From the IMG/VR virus record IMGVR_UViG_3300035670_000083, positions 36,285 to 100,284 of that record: DNA of 64,000 bases. The stretch is one strand, 5' to 3'. The DNA is from a virus. Of this stretch, positions 27,367 through 37,593 are shown in pieces (position 1 is the first letter of the stretch; each line of letters starts with the position of its first letter). The position numbers were made by a program, and so were the translations under genes. Under the pieces are notes generated by a model. That model was not told where the DNA came from and searched no databases. It worked only from the letters and a program-made list of their open reading frames with translations.

Positions 27367-29583
27367 TTAAAAACTTTCCATAAACACTGAATCAAACTTT
27401 TTAAATTCATAATGTTGATAAGCATCTTCCGCTAAGAATGGTGTCATTGGTGCTAATACTTTCATCATTTTTTCTGCACAATCTTTTAAAACATATTGAC
27501 AATCCATTCTTTCATTTGAATCAAGTTCATATTCATAAAGGAATGATTTCGTAACATCATCTAAGTAAAAAGATGATACTTCTGATACCCATTTCATAAC
27601 TTCTCTAAGAACAAATTTGAAATCATAATCATCATAATATTTCATACAATTTTCATACATTTCTTGATTCATATCTAAACACTTTCTATCCCTCTCAGAT
27701 AGTCTAGGTTCATATCCTTCTTCAAATCCGTACATATTACCTAAAAAGTATTTCATAGTATTCCTCAATTTAAAATAAGAAGAACTACAAGTATTTAGAA
27801 CAGCATCTCCTAATGTAACATCATTTCCATATGATGTTTGTGCTACCCATAATCTTAAAACATCTGTATTTGTTTTTTCTTGAACATCTTTTGGATCAAC
27901 AACATTACCTAATGATTTTGACATTTTTCTTCCCTGTTGATCCATTACAAATCCGTGTGTTAATACTTTCTTATATGGAGCTCTTCCTTTCATCGCTACT
28001 GATGTCAAAAGTGAAGATTGATACCAACCACGAAATTGATCAGATCCCTCTAAATACATATCTGAAACTTCTCCGTTCATTACGGATAACCAAGATGATC
28101 CACTATCAAACCATACATCAAGTGTATAATTACATTTTTCCAAACCTTTTCCTCTCCACTTTACTGGTAAAAGTTCATCATCAGTCAATTCAAACCAAAC
28201 ATCACATCCGGATTCTTCAAATAGTCCATATAAATGTTGATAAACCTCTTTATCTAATACCGGTTTTCCATCTTTAAGAAAAACAGCGAAAGGAAATCCC
28301 CATTGTCTTTGTCTTGATAAGCACCATTTATCTCGTCCTTTCAGCATATTTGTCAATCTGTTTTTCCATCTTTCTTCTGACATATCAACTTCTTCAAGTG
28401 ATTCGAGTGCCGATTCATTCAATTCTTTAAGGTTGAGAAAGAATTGTTCTGTCAATCTATAATATACTGGTTTCTTTGTTCTCCAGTCGTGTGGGTAAGA
28501 GTGTTTGTATTCTTCAGATCTTACCAACATTCCAAGTTGATTCATTTCTTCTACTACATCGTTTGAGTAATCTAAACAGAATTTTCCATTTACTTTTCCG
28601 GAATTATCTGTTAGATCTTCTCCTTCAAGATTGTTTCTTTTACAAACTTCAAAGTCTTCATCACCGTGTGCTGGACAAAGGTGAACTAATCCAGTTCCGC
28701 TATCTGATTTCACAAAATCATCTAATAATACAACTCCTTTTTCTCCTGTGAGTTTATTCACATAATTTAATCCTTCAAGTTCATTTCCTTTGAATTCTCT
28801 TGATGTTTCACCTTCAACAACATCTGAGAATTCACCAACTACATATGTTTGATTTTCTTTTACAACCTCTTTATATGTTAGATTAGGATTTACACATACA
28901 GCTTTATTTCCAAGTAAAGTCCAAGGTTGTGTTGTCCAAGCAACTAACTTTCTTCCATCTTCTAAATCAAATGTAAAGTAAGCAGATACATCAGTTCTAT
29001 CTTGATATTCTAATTCTGATTCAGCAAGAACGGTTCTTGTTGATGGTGAATAATGAACTGGTCTGTTATCAAGATAAACCAATCCTTTATTCATAAGAAA
29101 ATAAAGCAATTCTAATTGTTTTACTTCAAATTCTTTTTTATTGGTTTGATATTTATTTTCCCAGTCGGCAAAAACTCCTAAAGATTTGAATGTTTCCATT
29201 TGTTTTTCAACAAAACCATTTGCTAACTTGTGGCATTCTTTTCTCAAATCTGAATGAGATAGCTTTTCTTTGAATTTTTTCTGAACTGCTAACTCAGTTG
29301 GTAAGCCGTGACAATCCCAACCTGGTCGGAAATCCACTTTATACCCATTCATTAATTTCCATTTGACTACCATATCTTTGAGGACTTTATTTAAAACGTG
29401 TCCAACGTGTAATTCACCATTTGCATAAGGTGGTCCATCATGTAAAAGAAATCTTTTTTGATTTAATTTATTTCTTTCATTTAAAGTATTTTCCCATAAT
29501 TTTAACAATTCTGGTTCTTTTGTTTTGTGTTCAGATCTTTGTGTAAAGTCTGTTTTCGGCATGTTCAATTTTTTTGTTTCCAT
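27367..29583 (-). CDS. ileS: isoleucyl-tRNA synthetase (IleRS1-type, short C-terminus)
   Basis: HDGPPYANG.LHVGH, GWDCHGLP, WCLSRQRQWG, EGSDQFRGW, KMSKSLGN; ATG 29583. Confidence 0.93.
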   Translation of the reverse strand: METKKLNMPKTDFTQRSEHKTKEPELLKLWENTLNERNKLNQKRFLLHDGPPYANGELHVGHVLNKVLKDMVVKWKLMNGYKVDFRPGWDCHGLPTELAVQKKFKEKLSHSDLRKECHKLANGFVEKQMETFKSLGVFADWENKYQTNKKEFEVKQLELLYFLMNKGLVYLDNRPVHYSPSTRTVLAESELEYQDRTDVSAYFTFDLEDGRKLVAWTTQPWTLLGNKAVCVNPNLTYKEVVKENQTYVVGEFSDVVEGETSREFKGNELEGLNYVNKLTGEKGVVLLDDFVKSDSGTGLVHLCPAHGDEDFEVCKRNNLEGEDLTDNSGKVNGKFCLDYSNDVVEEMNQLGMLVRSEEYKHSYPHDWRTKKPVYYRLTEQFFLNLKELNESALESLEEVDMSEERWKNRLTNMLKGRDKWCLSRQRQWGFPFAVFLKDGKPVLDKEVYQHLYGLFEESGCDVWFELTDDELLPVKWRGKGLEKCNYTLDVWFDSGSSWLSVMNGEVSDMYLEGSDQFRGWYQSSLLTSVAMKGRAPYKKVLTHGFVMDQQGRKMSKSLGNVVDPKDVQEKTNTDVLRLWVAQTSYGNDVTLGDAVLNTCSSSYFKLRNTMKYFLGNMYGFEEGYEPRLSERDRKCLDMNQEMYENCMKYYDDYDFKFVLREVMKWVSEVSSFYLDDVTKSFLYEYELDSNERMDCQYVLKDCAEKMMKVLAPMTPFLAEDAYQHYEFKKFDSVFMESF

Positions 29584-29612
29584 ATTTTTAATTTTTTTTT
29601 TTAACAATAAAA

Positions 29613-29727
29613 AACCCAAGGACTCTTTTGAATCCTTGGGTTACTATTAGATAATATAATCACATTATCTTTGGGGTATCCAAGGATTTAATCTGTGAAT
29701 TATAATTATGTTTCTTTTCATTTTCAT
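29613..29727 (-). promoter_or_regulatory. ribosome-mediated Ile attenuator (leader peptide, antiterminator, terminator)
   Basis: terminator hairpin 29613-29642 with U tract; competing AATCCTTGG at 29688-29680. Confidence 0.85.
29665..29727 (-). CDS. ileS leader peptide MKMKRNIIIIHRLNPWIPQR
   Basis: four consecutive Ile codons ATA ATT ATA ATT, just downstream of TATATTTG (29739-29732). Confidence 0.85.
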   Translation of the reverse strand: MKMKRNIIIIHRLNPWIPQR

Positions 29728-29758
29728 TTTACAAATATATTAATTATATATGAATTTT

Positions 29759-31420
29759 TTACACCTTTGTTAAATTTTTTTCAAATTTTATTTTACCACA
29801 ATTCCAAACTTTATTTATTTGTAGTGATGATTCAGAAACACCTGTTATAGATTTTCTAAATCTTGATTTGTGTATCAATTCATTTTGAAAAAGGTATTTA
29901 TAATCTGGTTCAGTCTCATGAATTTTTTCAAATTCTAATTTATAGTATAAATCTCCTTCAGACCAGTCTTTATCTGCATAACTTATTATTCTTGTGGGTT
30001 TAAATTCCTTAATAAAAAAAGAAAGTAATTTTGAAGCTCCTCCAACAACAGAGTAATTTACCTTATTGCAAAACCTAGACAAATTCCATTCGTCATTACT
30101 CATTTTTTTTCTACCCTCGAAATGATCAAATAACATTATTGATACCAATTCATTTCTGTAGTATAATCCTAATTTAATATTTGATTTTACAAACCCTTGT
30201 ATATGATTTTTGTCTAAAAAGTCTCTTATAGATTTGATATCTTTAATCTCTTTTACTTCACATTTTCTTGCTGGTATTTTCTTACTCTTACCAATTATAT
30301 TACTTATCTGTGACTTTATTATTTCTTTCCTATTTGTCCAATCATTTTCCCATATATTTATTATCCTTATTCCTTTTTCCTTGAAATAATTTAGTTTGTT
30401 TATATGGTAATTTTTATCTTTAAATTTATCAGAATGCCAATATATTCCATTGAACTCAAACCCAATTTTAAATTCTGGTAAGTAGATATCTATTTCAAAT
30501 TTGTCTCTGAATGAACTTATTAATTCTCCATCATAGATTGATTCTATGAAATCAAAAATCTCTTTTTCCTTTATGGAAATAAGTTCGTTTATAGGAAAAC
30601 AAATTGTGCATAATGGAATATTGTTTTCTAATCTTGACTTGAAGTTATTATAAAGTATTTCAAATTCATGTTCTTTTTCACAATCACATTTAAAAATAGA
30701 AATACTATTTCCTTTATATTCTTTATAGTTTTCATGATTTGAGATATCATAATTATTTCTGAATGTGTTGGAATTAAAAACATTCATCCTATTTATATTA
30801 GATTTCTCAATATTTAAGGTGCTTTTAACTCCCCATTTTTCTAAATTTGTTGATTCTTTTTTATCTTTTATAGTTTGACTTTGTGAGAAATGTTCTAATC
30901 CCCATTTACTTAAATTGGATTCTTTTTGTTTTTGATAAAATTCTTCAGTTTTTGAGAAGTTTTCAGCTCCCCATTTTTCTAAATTTGTTTGCTTAAATTT
31001 GGATTTTATCTTTTCATTTTGTAATACGTGCTCAACTCCCCATTTTTTTAGATTTGTTTGTTTTCTTTTTTTAAGAATTTTTTCTAATTTTGATTTATCT
31101 ATTTTCCTACCTTTGTTAGGATTTATTTTTTTAGGTTCTAATTCTATTGTTTCTTTGAACTTTTCATTTCCGCACTTACGAGAGCAAGCATATTTATTCA
31201 ATTTACTTTTATAAACTATCCTATTATAATCAACAAATTTCCTTTCATGTTCTTTATTACAATAATCACATTTTACTAAAACGTTTATATTAATTGATTT
31301 AGGTAAATCTATTATCTTAACCTCTATTTCATCTAAAGAAATATCATATCCTAAAGACTCATAGTGTTTTAGTTTTTTGTTAGCAAACGTTTTTACTAAT
31401 ACTGTTTTTGATAATATCAT
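29759..31420 (-). CDS. putative homing endonuclease (Hef-like) with TNLEKWG repeats
   Basis: CDYC, repeated TNL(K/E)KWG, EIDIYLPE..GFEFNGIYWHS, RFCNK..VGGASKLL. Confidence 0.75.
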   Translation of the reverse strand: MILSKTVLVKTFANKKLKHYESLGYDISLDEIEVKIIDLPKSININVLVKCDYCNKEHERKFVDYNRIVYKSKLNKYACSRKCGNEKFKETIELEPKKINPNKGRKIDKSKLEKILKKRKQTNLKKWGVEHVLQNEKIKSKFKQTNLEKWGAENFSKTEEFYQKQKESNLSKWGLEHFSQSQTIKDKKESTNLEKWGVKSTLNIEKSNINRMNVFNSNTFRNNYDISNHENYKEYKGNSISIFKCDCEKEHEFEILYNNFKSRLENNIPLCTICFPINELISIKEKEIFDFIESIYDGELISSFRDKFEIDIYLPEFKIGFEFNGIYWHSDKFKDKNYHINKLNYFKEKGIRIINIWENDWTNRKEIIKSQISNIIGKSKKIPARKCEVKEIKDIKSIRDFLDKNHIQGFVKSNIKLGLYYRNELVSIMLFDHFEGRKKMSNDEWNLSRFCNKVNYSVVGGASKLLSFFIKEFKPTRIISYADKDWSEGDLYYKLEFEKIHETEPDYKYLFQNELIHKSRFRKSITGVSESSLQINKVWNCGKIKFEKNLTKV

Positions 31421-31456
31421 TAACTATATATTATAATTTAACAGGTTTCTCAAAGG

Positions 31457-31708
31457 TTATTGTTTAAATTTATTTGCCATGCTATTCATTTGACTCATAT
31501 AAGAGCTTGGATTAAAATTAGGCATAGATTTTTGTTGTTGTTCTTCTTGTTTATTTCTTTGTTTTTCTTCATCCTCTGATAACTCATTGATAATTGAAAC
31601 ATTTTCCTCTAACATCCAAAAAGGCCAATCATTAATTGCAAACTCATTTACATGATAATGCTTTTGTAAAAGAAGTTTATTCTTTAATAAAGGTCTCAAA
31701 GGCATCAT
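31457..31708 (-). CDS. small baseplate/tail assembly protein (gp51-like)
   Basis: overlaps end of hub-like gene; INDWPFW...E-rich pattern. Confidence 0.45.
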   Translation of the reverse strand: MMPLRPLLKNKLLLQKHYHVNEFAINDWPFWMLEENVSIINELSEDEEKQRNKQEEQQQKSMPNFNPSSYMSQMNSMANKFKQ

Positions 31709-32621
31709 GAATAACGAAAATACCCGACGCTCCGTTGGGAAATGTCATATCAGTGCGGACCTCCACACCGCACGAATAACATTGTTTTTTCAATTCTTTT
31801 ATTCCGAAAGTCATTTTACTGACAGCAGAATTAAGAAATTGAAATGAGATATCATCCATTTGTTGAAATTCTTTCAACTTTGATTTGATACCATCGTTTG
31901 TAATTGAAGATCTTCCAACTAACATAAATGGAATTATTTTCAAGAAAGCCAGATTAGGTTGTCTTTTTTCTTGATTTTCTTTGATAATATAATCAGCAAA
32001 TGCTTTTTGTATTCCAATATTTGGTGGAGTTAATTCAAATTCTTTATCATTTTTAGTGTTGAATATGAATGTTCCTCTGCTTGAATTATAGAATCTATCA
32101 AGTTTTTCATCAATTTGGTGAAAAGAGAAGTTTTCTCTTTTTAATTCGACTGAATTCTCGGCCCCACAAGAACAAGTCACATTGACTGCTAATGCGTTTC
32201 CTTTTTGGAAAGTAAGTTCTCTAATAAGGAAAATTGCATAAAGTCTATCTTGATCTTTCAAATCTAAATAAGATCCCATTTTACCATCTTGGTATTTTAT
32301 TCTTACACAAGCTTGTAACATATCATTCATCTTTTCAACGATATCATAGAAATTATTATCATCTACCATTGCATAAGCTTGAATTTCTTTTACTTGTGCT
32401 GCTCTTACCATTAGAAGTGTTCCTTTTGGATAAAATTTACCACAAGGTAATTCTTTTATATCAAAACTAAGGAATTGAAGATCTTCAACTCTTGAAGTAG
32501 TATTTTTATTTGTCATTGCATCGAAAATATCATTTTCTTCAGTGATATTTTGTTTCGATGATTCAACTTCTTGAATGTGTTGTTTTAGGTAGTCTTCTGG
32601 GGACATATTTTCATTAGGCAT
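31677..32621 (-). CDS. baseplate hub assembly protein (gp26-like)
   Basis: LPCGKFY..VRAAQVKE, DR.Y..FLIR, two CxxC pairs. Confidence 0.55.
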   Translation of the reverse strand: MPNENMSPEDYLKQHIQEVESSKQNITEENDIFDAMTNKNTTSRVEDLQFLSFDIKELPCGKFYPKGTLLMVRAAQVKEIQAYAMVDDNNFYDIVEKMNDMLQACVRIKYQDGKMGSYLDLKDQDRLYAIFLIRELTFQKGNALAVNVTCSCGAENSVELKRENFSFHQIDEKLDRFYNSSRGTFIFNTKNDKEFELTPPNIGIQKAFADYIIKENQEKRQPNLAFLKIIPFMLVGRSSITNDGIKSKLKEFQQMDDISFQFLNSAVSKMTFGIKELKKQCYSCGVEVRTDMTFPNGASGIFVIHDAFETFIKE

Positions 32622-32694
32622 ATTATTTGAATTATTTTTTATGCAGTATATATAGTTATATTTTTTTTCTCTTGTTAGTTTAATATATAAGTTT

Positions 32695-33324
32695 ATGGTT
32701 TATATAAAATTATTTGAAAAATTTCAACAAGATGATACTATTCCTGTTGAATTTCATTCAGATTTTAAAAAATTGGAAAAACTTATAAAGAGTAAGAACT
32801 TCAAAGAAGTTAAGAAATTGTTAAGAAAATTCAAAGTTTCATCTAAAAGTGATTATAAGGATTCTATCTTTTTCAAAACTGAATTTCCTTCTGAAGAATT
32901 GGAGAAAAAATCAAAAGTTAAAAATTTATCAAAAAAATGGAAATTGCCATTCAATTTCAATGAGGAAGAATTAGAGAACCTTATTGGAATTTTCATAGAA
33001 GATGAGAAAGTAACTGATATTTTCTTTAAAGAGATTGTAAAGTTGAATCCACAATTAGAAATTTTTAATGATATAAATTTTAAAGAAGGAGATTATTATC
33101 CTAAGAATAATGTTATTGGAGGTGTTTGTTCCAGGTTTAATTTGAGAGATATTTTAGATTTTGTTGATAATAGGAGAAGTATAGATTATGTAGAAGATGG
33201 TAATTATATTTTCAAATCTATTGATGATTTTTACTCGAACATTTATAATTCGGTAAAGAAAAGTGTTAAAGATATAGGATATTTTCCTTCACCTTACACA
33301 TTGATAAAGATTTTAGATAGGTGA
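32695..33324 (+). CDS. hypothetical with capsid-targeting-like N-terminus
   Basis: MVYIKLFEKF; TAATATATA at 32681. Confidence 0.7.
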   Translation: MVYIKLFEKFQQDDTIPVEFHSDFKKLEKLIKSKNFKEVKKLLRKFKVSSKSDYKDSIFFKTEFPSEELEKKSKVKNLSKKWKLPFNFNEEELENLIGIFIEDEKVTDIFFKEIVKLNPQLEIFNDINFKEGDYYPKNNVIGGVCSRFNLRDILDFVDNRRSIDYVEDGNYIFKSIDDFYSNIYNSVKKSVKDIGYFPSPYTLIKILDR

Positions 33325-33432
33325 TATTAGAAAAAATTGACTTTTTATTTATTATATATACTTTGTATGAGTGTTAAATATGAGCAAGAGACATATTTAG
33401 TATTAATATATATTAAAAAATAACTTAATGAT

Positions 33433-34059
33433 ATGCCATTACCACATTTTACTCAACTTAACATGACGGGTTCACCTGGCGGTCCAGGTACTCAGCCACA
33501 AGAACCGGTTTATAAGAATTTGTTTGAAATAACTTTTATTCTACCAACAATTTTACAAGCACAGGGTAGAGATCCTGTTCTTTTATTACAACAGGCATTG
33601 AAAGTTAATTTGTCAAATACAAATAAAACTTTAGAGACTACAAAACAAAGATTCAAGTATTCTGAAAGAGCTTTCATCAAGGCTGGTCCTGGAGATACAA
33701 CCGCAGATCTTAACATAGACTTTGAGGTTAATGTTAATAATCAAGGATCTATGGAGGTTTGGAATACATTAAGAGCTTGGTACGATCTAGCTTGGAATTC
33801 TCAGAATGGATATCTTCATTATAAGGCTGATACTATTGGTACTATCGTTGTAAATCAACATGATAAGAAAGGATTGGTTCTAAGAAGGGTAACATATCAG
33901 AACTGTCAATTATTAGATGTGGGTGGATTTGGTGATTTAGAATGGGCTCAATCTGGTGACATTGAAAGAGTAAGTACTAAATTCATAGCAGATTACTGGG
34001 TTGATGAGTACATTGACAATAACTTTACAATTGCTCCTCCATTTGTGGCTGGTTATTAA
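33433..34059 (+). CDS. tail tube protein (gp19-like)
   Basis: EPVYKNLFEITF, W.D.....G, DL.W, F.ADYW. Confidence 0.75.
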   Translation: MPLPHFTQLNMTGSPGGPGTQPQEPVYKNLFEITFILPTILQAQGRDPVLLLQQALKVNLSNTNKTLETTKQRFKYSERAFIKAGPGDTTADLNIDFEVNVNNQGSMEVWNTLRAWYDLAWNSQNGYLHYKADTIGTIVVNQHDKKGLVLRRVTYQNCQLLDVGGFGDLEWAQSGDIERVSTKFIADYWVDEYIDNNFTIAPPFVAGY

Positions 34060-34077
34060 AATTGATTATTTTAATTT

Positions 34078-34110
34078 AAAAACCGATAATTTTTATTATC
34101 GGTTTTTTTT
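34078..34110 (+). terminator. intrinsic terminator
   Basis: AAAAACCGATAAT-TTTT-ATTATCGGTTTTT. Confidence 0.8.
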
Positions 34111-34121
34111 ATATATAGAAC

Positions 34122-34835
34122 ATGAGATATTTGAGTTTATATGGTAATTTTATAAAGAGTAAAATTCTTCTTGAGAACTTCACATTAGATGATTTAGAAA
34201 TGCCTATGTCAAATTTTCTTGATGACTACAATAGTAATATTTCAAATATTCAAAACTTTAATCTCGTTGTGTTGAAAAATCATACAGATACATTAAGACA
34301 CATTTATAATTTGTTTAGATATGATAAAAATTTTGAAAAACTAGATGAAACATTTTTCTCAAATTTAGAAGAAATAGAAAGCGATAAATTGAGAAAAACT
34401 CCTGGATATATTAATCAAAATATAATTTTCACTTCTTCTGATCATCATATAGATATACATATACAAGATAAAATTTATTATGAATATCTTGTTGATCACA
34501 TATATTCATTAATAAAAGAAGAAAGAATAAAATACTATCCGATAGTTAAAGTTGATTTTGATGGAATTAAAATGTTTACAGAGACTAAGGAATTTAAAGA
34601 TTTTAAAGAATCATTGAAATCTATTTTTTATCAGACCGGATTAAGACCGATAGGACACGCTTGGTATGAAGATTATTTAGATGAGGATGATGAAGAAAAA
34701 ATATATCATTTATTTTTTACTGAAGAGTTGATTTTCATAGATTGTGATTCTGATGAAGAATATAAAAATCTTTATAAGATATTTAATTTCAAAGAGGATC
34801 AGGCGGGTAAAGAGTTTTTTGAAATTTTCATTTAA
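34122..34835 (+). CDS. hypothetical protein
   Basis: MRYLSLYGNF...LLEN. Confidence 0.7.
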   Translation: MRYLSLYGNFIKSKILLENFTLDDLEMPMSNFLDDYNSNISNIQNFNLVVLKNHTDTLRHIYNLFRYDKNFEKLDETFFSNLEEIESDKLRKTPGYINQNIIFTSSDHHIDIHIQDKIYYEYLVDHIYSLIKEERIKYYPIVKVDFDGIKMFTETKEFKDFKESLKSIFYQTGLRPIGHAWYEDYLDEDDEEKIYHLFFTEELIFIDCDSDEEYKNLYKIFNFKEDQAGKEFFEIFI

Positions 34836-34845
34836 TATATACAAT

Positions 34846-35277
34846 ATGAAGTATATAAAAAAATTTGAAAAATTTAATAAAATTAATGAAGAATTCATAG
34901 GATTTGTAGCTGGTGCTGCTCTCTGGGCAATCTATTACATTCTTATAGGTAGAAAATATCCTTTTCTTTCATATAACTTTTTTGAGAATATAAAAAGATG
35001 GTATCAGTTAAGTAAAGTTGTTAAAAAGTACGATAAATTATTGAAAGAATTAGATTCTCAATTCAAAGGAGATCCAGAATTAGAATCTTTTTATAGTGAA
35101 ATTAAAAAACTCGGACATAATTCTATTGGAAGTCAAATTCAAACTAAGCCTGGTGTTTATGTTGATGATTTAAAAGATTATATTTTGAGTAATGTTTCTC
35201 AAGATATTAAATCTGAATTTGAAGAGATGTTAGAAGAGATGAAAGAAGAGATAAATCAAATAGTTCCAAATTTGTAA
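34846..35277 (+). CDS. hypothetical with capsid-targeting-like N-terminus and one hydrophobic helix
   Basis: MKYIKKFEKFNKINEE; FVAGAALWAIYYILI; ATG 34846 after TAATATATA. Confidence 0.75.
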   Translation: MKYIKKFEKFNKINEEFIGFVAGAALWAIYYILIGRKYPFLSYNFFENIKRWYQLSKVVKKYDKLLKELDSQFKGDPELESFYSEIKKLGHNSIGSQIQTKPGVYVDDLKDYILSNVSQDIKSEFEEMLEEMKEEINQIVPNL

Positions 35278-35280
35278 AAC

Positions 35281-36396
35281 ATGAGATATTTAAAAACATA
35301 TGAGAATTTTGAACAACCCGAAGGAACAGGAACAGAAAGCTCTTGGGAAGTTGAAATAGATGGCAATCCTGTAAAGGTAACATTAACTGAGTTGATAGAT
35401 TATATTGATGGTGTTGTTGAGATTGATCCTAATGAAATTAAAGAATTACTTATAGATACTGATAGAGATCCAAAAAGAGTAGATGCGGCGGATTTAGATT
35501 ATCCGATTATTTTAAGTATGAAAAATGGTGAATATAAGAATATAATAGATGGACAGCACAGAGTTGTAAAAGCTTTAAAAGATGAGGTTCCTTTAAAAGC
35601 AAAAATTTTAAATCTTGATGATGCTCCTGAAAAGTATAGAAAAATATTTGATTCAAAATCAAATGAAAGTTATTTTAATTTATATCTTGATTCTAAAATA
35701 GGAGTAGATGAACTTATCAATAGTTTAGAATTAAGAATTGATGAGAATATAATTTCTAATTTTAAGTCTTTTATTGATAAGGGTAAGAAATTAACAGAAG
35801 AATCTATAAATAAGATATTAGGATGGATATCTAAACAACTTGAAGTTGAATCTTATATTTTTGATAAAATTATTGAAAATTTAAAAAAGGTAGGTAGTAA
35901 AATCATAGAACTTTTATTGGCAGTTTTAAAAAGAATAAAAGATTTTAAAGATAAACATCCTAAAATATTCAAAGCGATTGTAATTATTCTTACTATAGTT
36001 ATTATTATACTTATATCTGCGGTTGTTGCTTATTCACAAACCACTGGTCAACCTGTGAGTATTGAGGAATTCGGTATAAACTCAGAGATGTTAGATGCGA
36101 TGATAGGATTCTCATCTCAGTATAAGTTAGATCCAAAAATACAAGCAGCATTGGTTGACTTAAAAGATGGATCAATTGATTTAGATTGGAATAATGTTGA
36201 GACATCTAAATCATATATTGAATCAATAAGAAAATCAATGATATCTATGAAAGATGAGGAATATTTTTGGCATAGATTCAGTAATTGGATTGAAATAGGT
36301 GAAAAATATGTTGATGTAATTCACAAAAAAGTTACAATGGTTGGACAAGATTCAAGTTTTCAAAGTGATACTTATAGTTTTTATACAAAAAAATAG
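35281..36396 (+). CDS. ParB/Srx-like N-terminal domain protein with TM helix
   Basis: MRYLKTYENFE; YPII...IIDGQHRVVKA; AIVIILTIVIIILISAVVA. Confidence 0.65.
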   Translation: MRYLKTYENFEQPEGTGTESSWEVEIDGNPVKVTLTELIDYIDGVVEIDPNEIKELLIDTDRDPKRVDAADLDYPIILSMKNGEYKNIIDGQHRVVKALKDEVPLKAKILNLDDAPEKYRKIFDSKSNESYFNLYLDSKIGVDELINSLELRIDENIISNFKSFIDKGKKLTEESINKILGWISKQLEVESYIFDKIIENLKKVGSKIIELLLAVLKRIKDFKDKHPKIFKAIVIILTIVIIILISAVVAYSQTTGQPVSIEEFGINSEMLDAMIGFSSQYKLDPKIQAALVDLKDGSIDLDWNNVETSKSYIESIRKSMISMKDEEYFWHRFSNWIEIGEKYVDVIHKKVTMVGQDSSFQSDTYSFYTKK

Positions 36397-36480
36397 AACA
36401 ACAATCATTTAATTTCATATAAACTAAATAAAAATTATGTAGTTTTTCTGCTCATATTTTACAAAAAATAATTTTAAAAT

Positions 36481-37593
36481 TTGAAAGTTTATATGATTAC
36501 AGACACTCATTTTGGTGTCTATTTGAACAATTTAGATAAGTGGCAAAACATGATGGAATCAACTTTTTATGAGTTTGTTATTCCATTTTTGAAAAAAAAT
36601 GTTCAGGAAGGTGATATACTAATACATTTAGGTGATTTATTTGACAATAGAACTAGTATTCCCATAATAACTTTAAATAAGGTAGAAAAAATTCTCAAAG
36701 AAATAAGTCAGATTTTACCAATACATATGATTGTTGGTAATCACGATTTGTTTAATAAAGGTAGTAATGAGGTAAATTCAGTTAGATTATTTTCATACAT
36801 ATCTGATAATATCTACGTTTATGAAAAGACACACACGTTAGAAATATTTGATAAGAAATTAGTTCTTATGCCTTGGGTTGAAAAAAGGTTAGATATGATA
36901 AATGAGATTAAAAATAATTCTGGAGATTATTTATTCTGTCATTCTGATTTAAATGGTTGTAGGATGCACTTGAACTCAGTTGCTCATAGAAATCCAGATA
37001 AGATTGATGTTGATGAGTTTAGAAAATTTAAAAGAGTTTTTTCAGGACACATACACATAAGACAAGTCAGTGATAATTTTGAATTTATAGGATCATTATA
37101 TCAAATGGATAGAAATGATATAGGTGATAAAAAAGGTATAACAGTATTGGATTTAATTAACGGTGAAGTTGAGTTTGTAGAAAATACATATTCGCCTACT
37201 TTTAGAAAATTCACCGTAAAAGAAGAAGATGATGTAGAAAAACTAGAACTCATTAAAGATTCTAAAGATTACATTGATTTGGTTATCTCCAATAATTTGC
37301 TTGTTAATGATAGGAAGTTAAGAAGAAAGTTAGAAACTCTTTTAGAGGTAGGTAGTTTTACCTCTGTTGAGTATTTAGATGATATAGTTTCTGAAGATGC
37401 GTCTGAGAAAGAAGAAGAACTAACTCAAGAAGAGTTAGAGATATCGATACACTTAGACTATAAAGAGTTTATTTCAAATTATATTAAGAATCAAAATTAT
37501 GATAATGATAAGTTCAGAGGTGGTGTATTAGGTGAGTTCAATGAAATTATCAGAATTTATAATGAAAATTATAAATCTAAATCTGATACTTAA
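36481..37593 (+). CDS. recombination nuclease, Mre11/SbcD (T4 gp47-like)
   Basis: DTHFG, LGDLFD, VGNHD, SGHIH. Confidence 0.9.
   Translation: MKVYMITDTHFGVYLNNLDKWQNMMESTFYEFVIPFLKKNVQEGDILIHLGDLFDNRTSIPIITLNKVEKILKEISQILPIHMIVGNHDLFNKGSNEVNSVRLFSYISDNIYVYEKTHTLEIFDKKLVLMPWVEKRLDMINEIKNNSGDYLFCHSDLNGCRMHLNSVAHRNPDKIDVDEFRKFKRVFSGHIHIRQVSDNFEFIGSLYQMDRNDIGDKKGITVLDLINGEVEFVENTYSPTFRKFTVKEEDDVEKLELIKDSKDYIDLVISNNLLVNDRKLRRKLETLLEVGSFTSVEYLDDIVSEDASEKEEELTQEELEISIHLDYKEFISNYIKNQNYDNDKFRGGVLGEFNEIIRIYNENYKSKSDT

Noticed and set aside
29584-29619. IleRS start at 29619 from the ORF track
   Set aside because: It overlaps the attenuator terminator; ATG 29583 gives the typical N-terminus.
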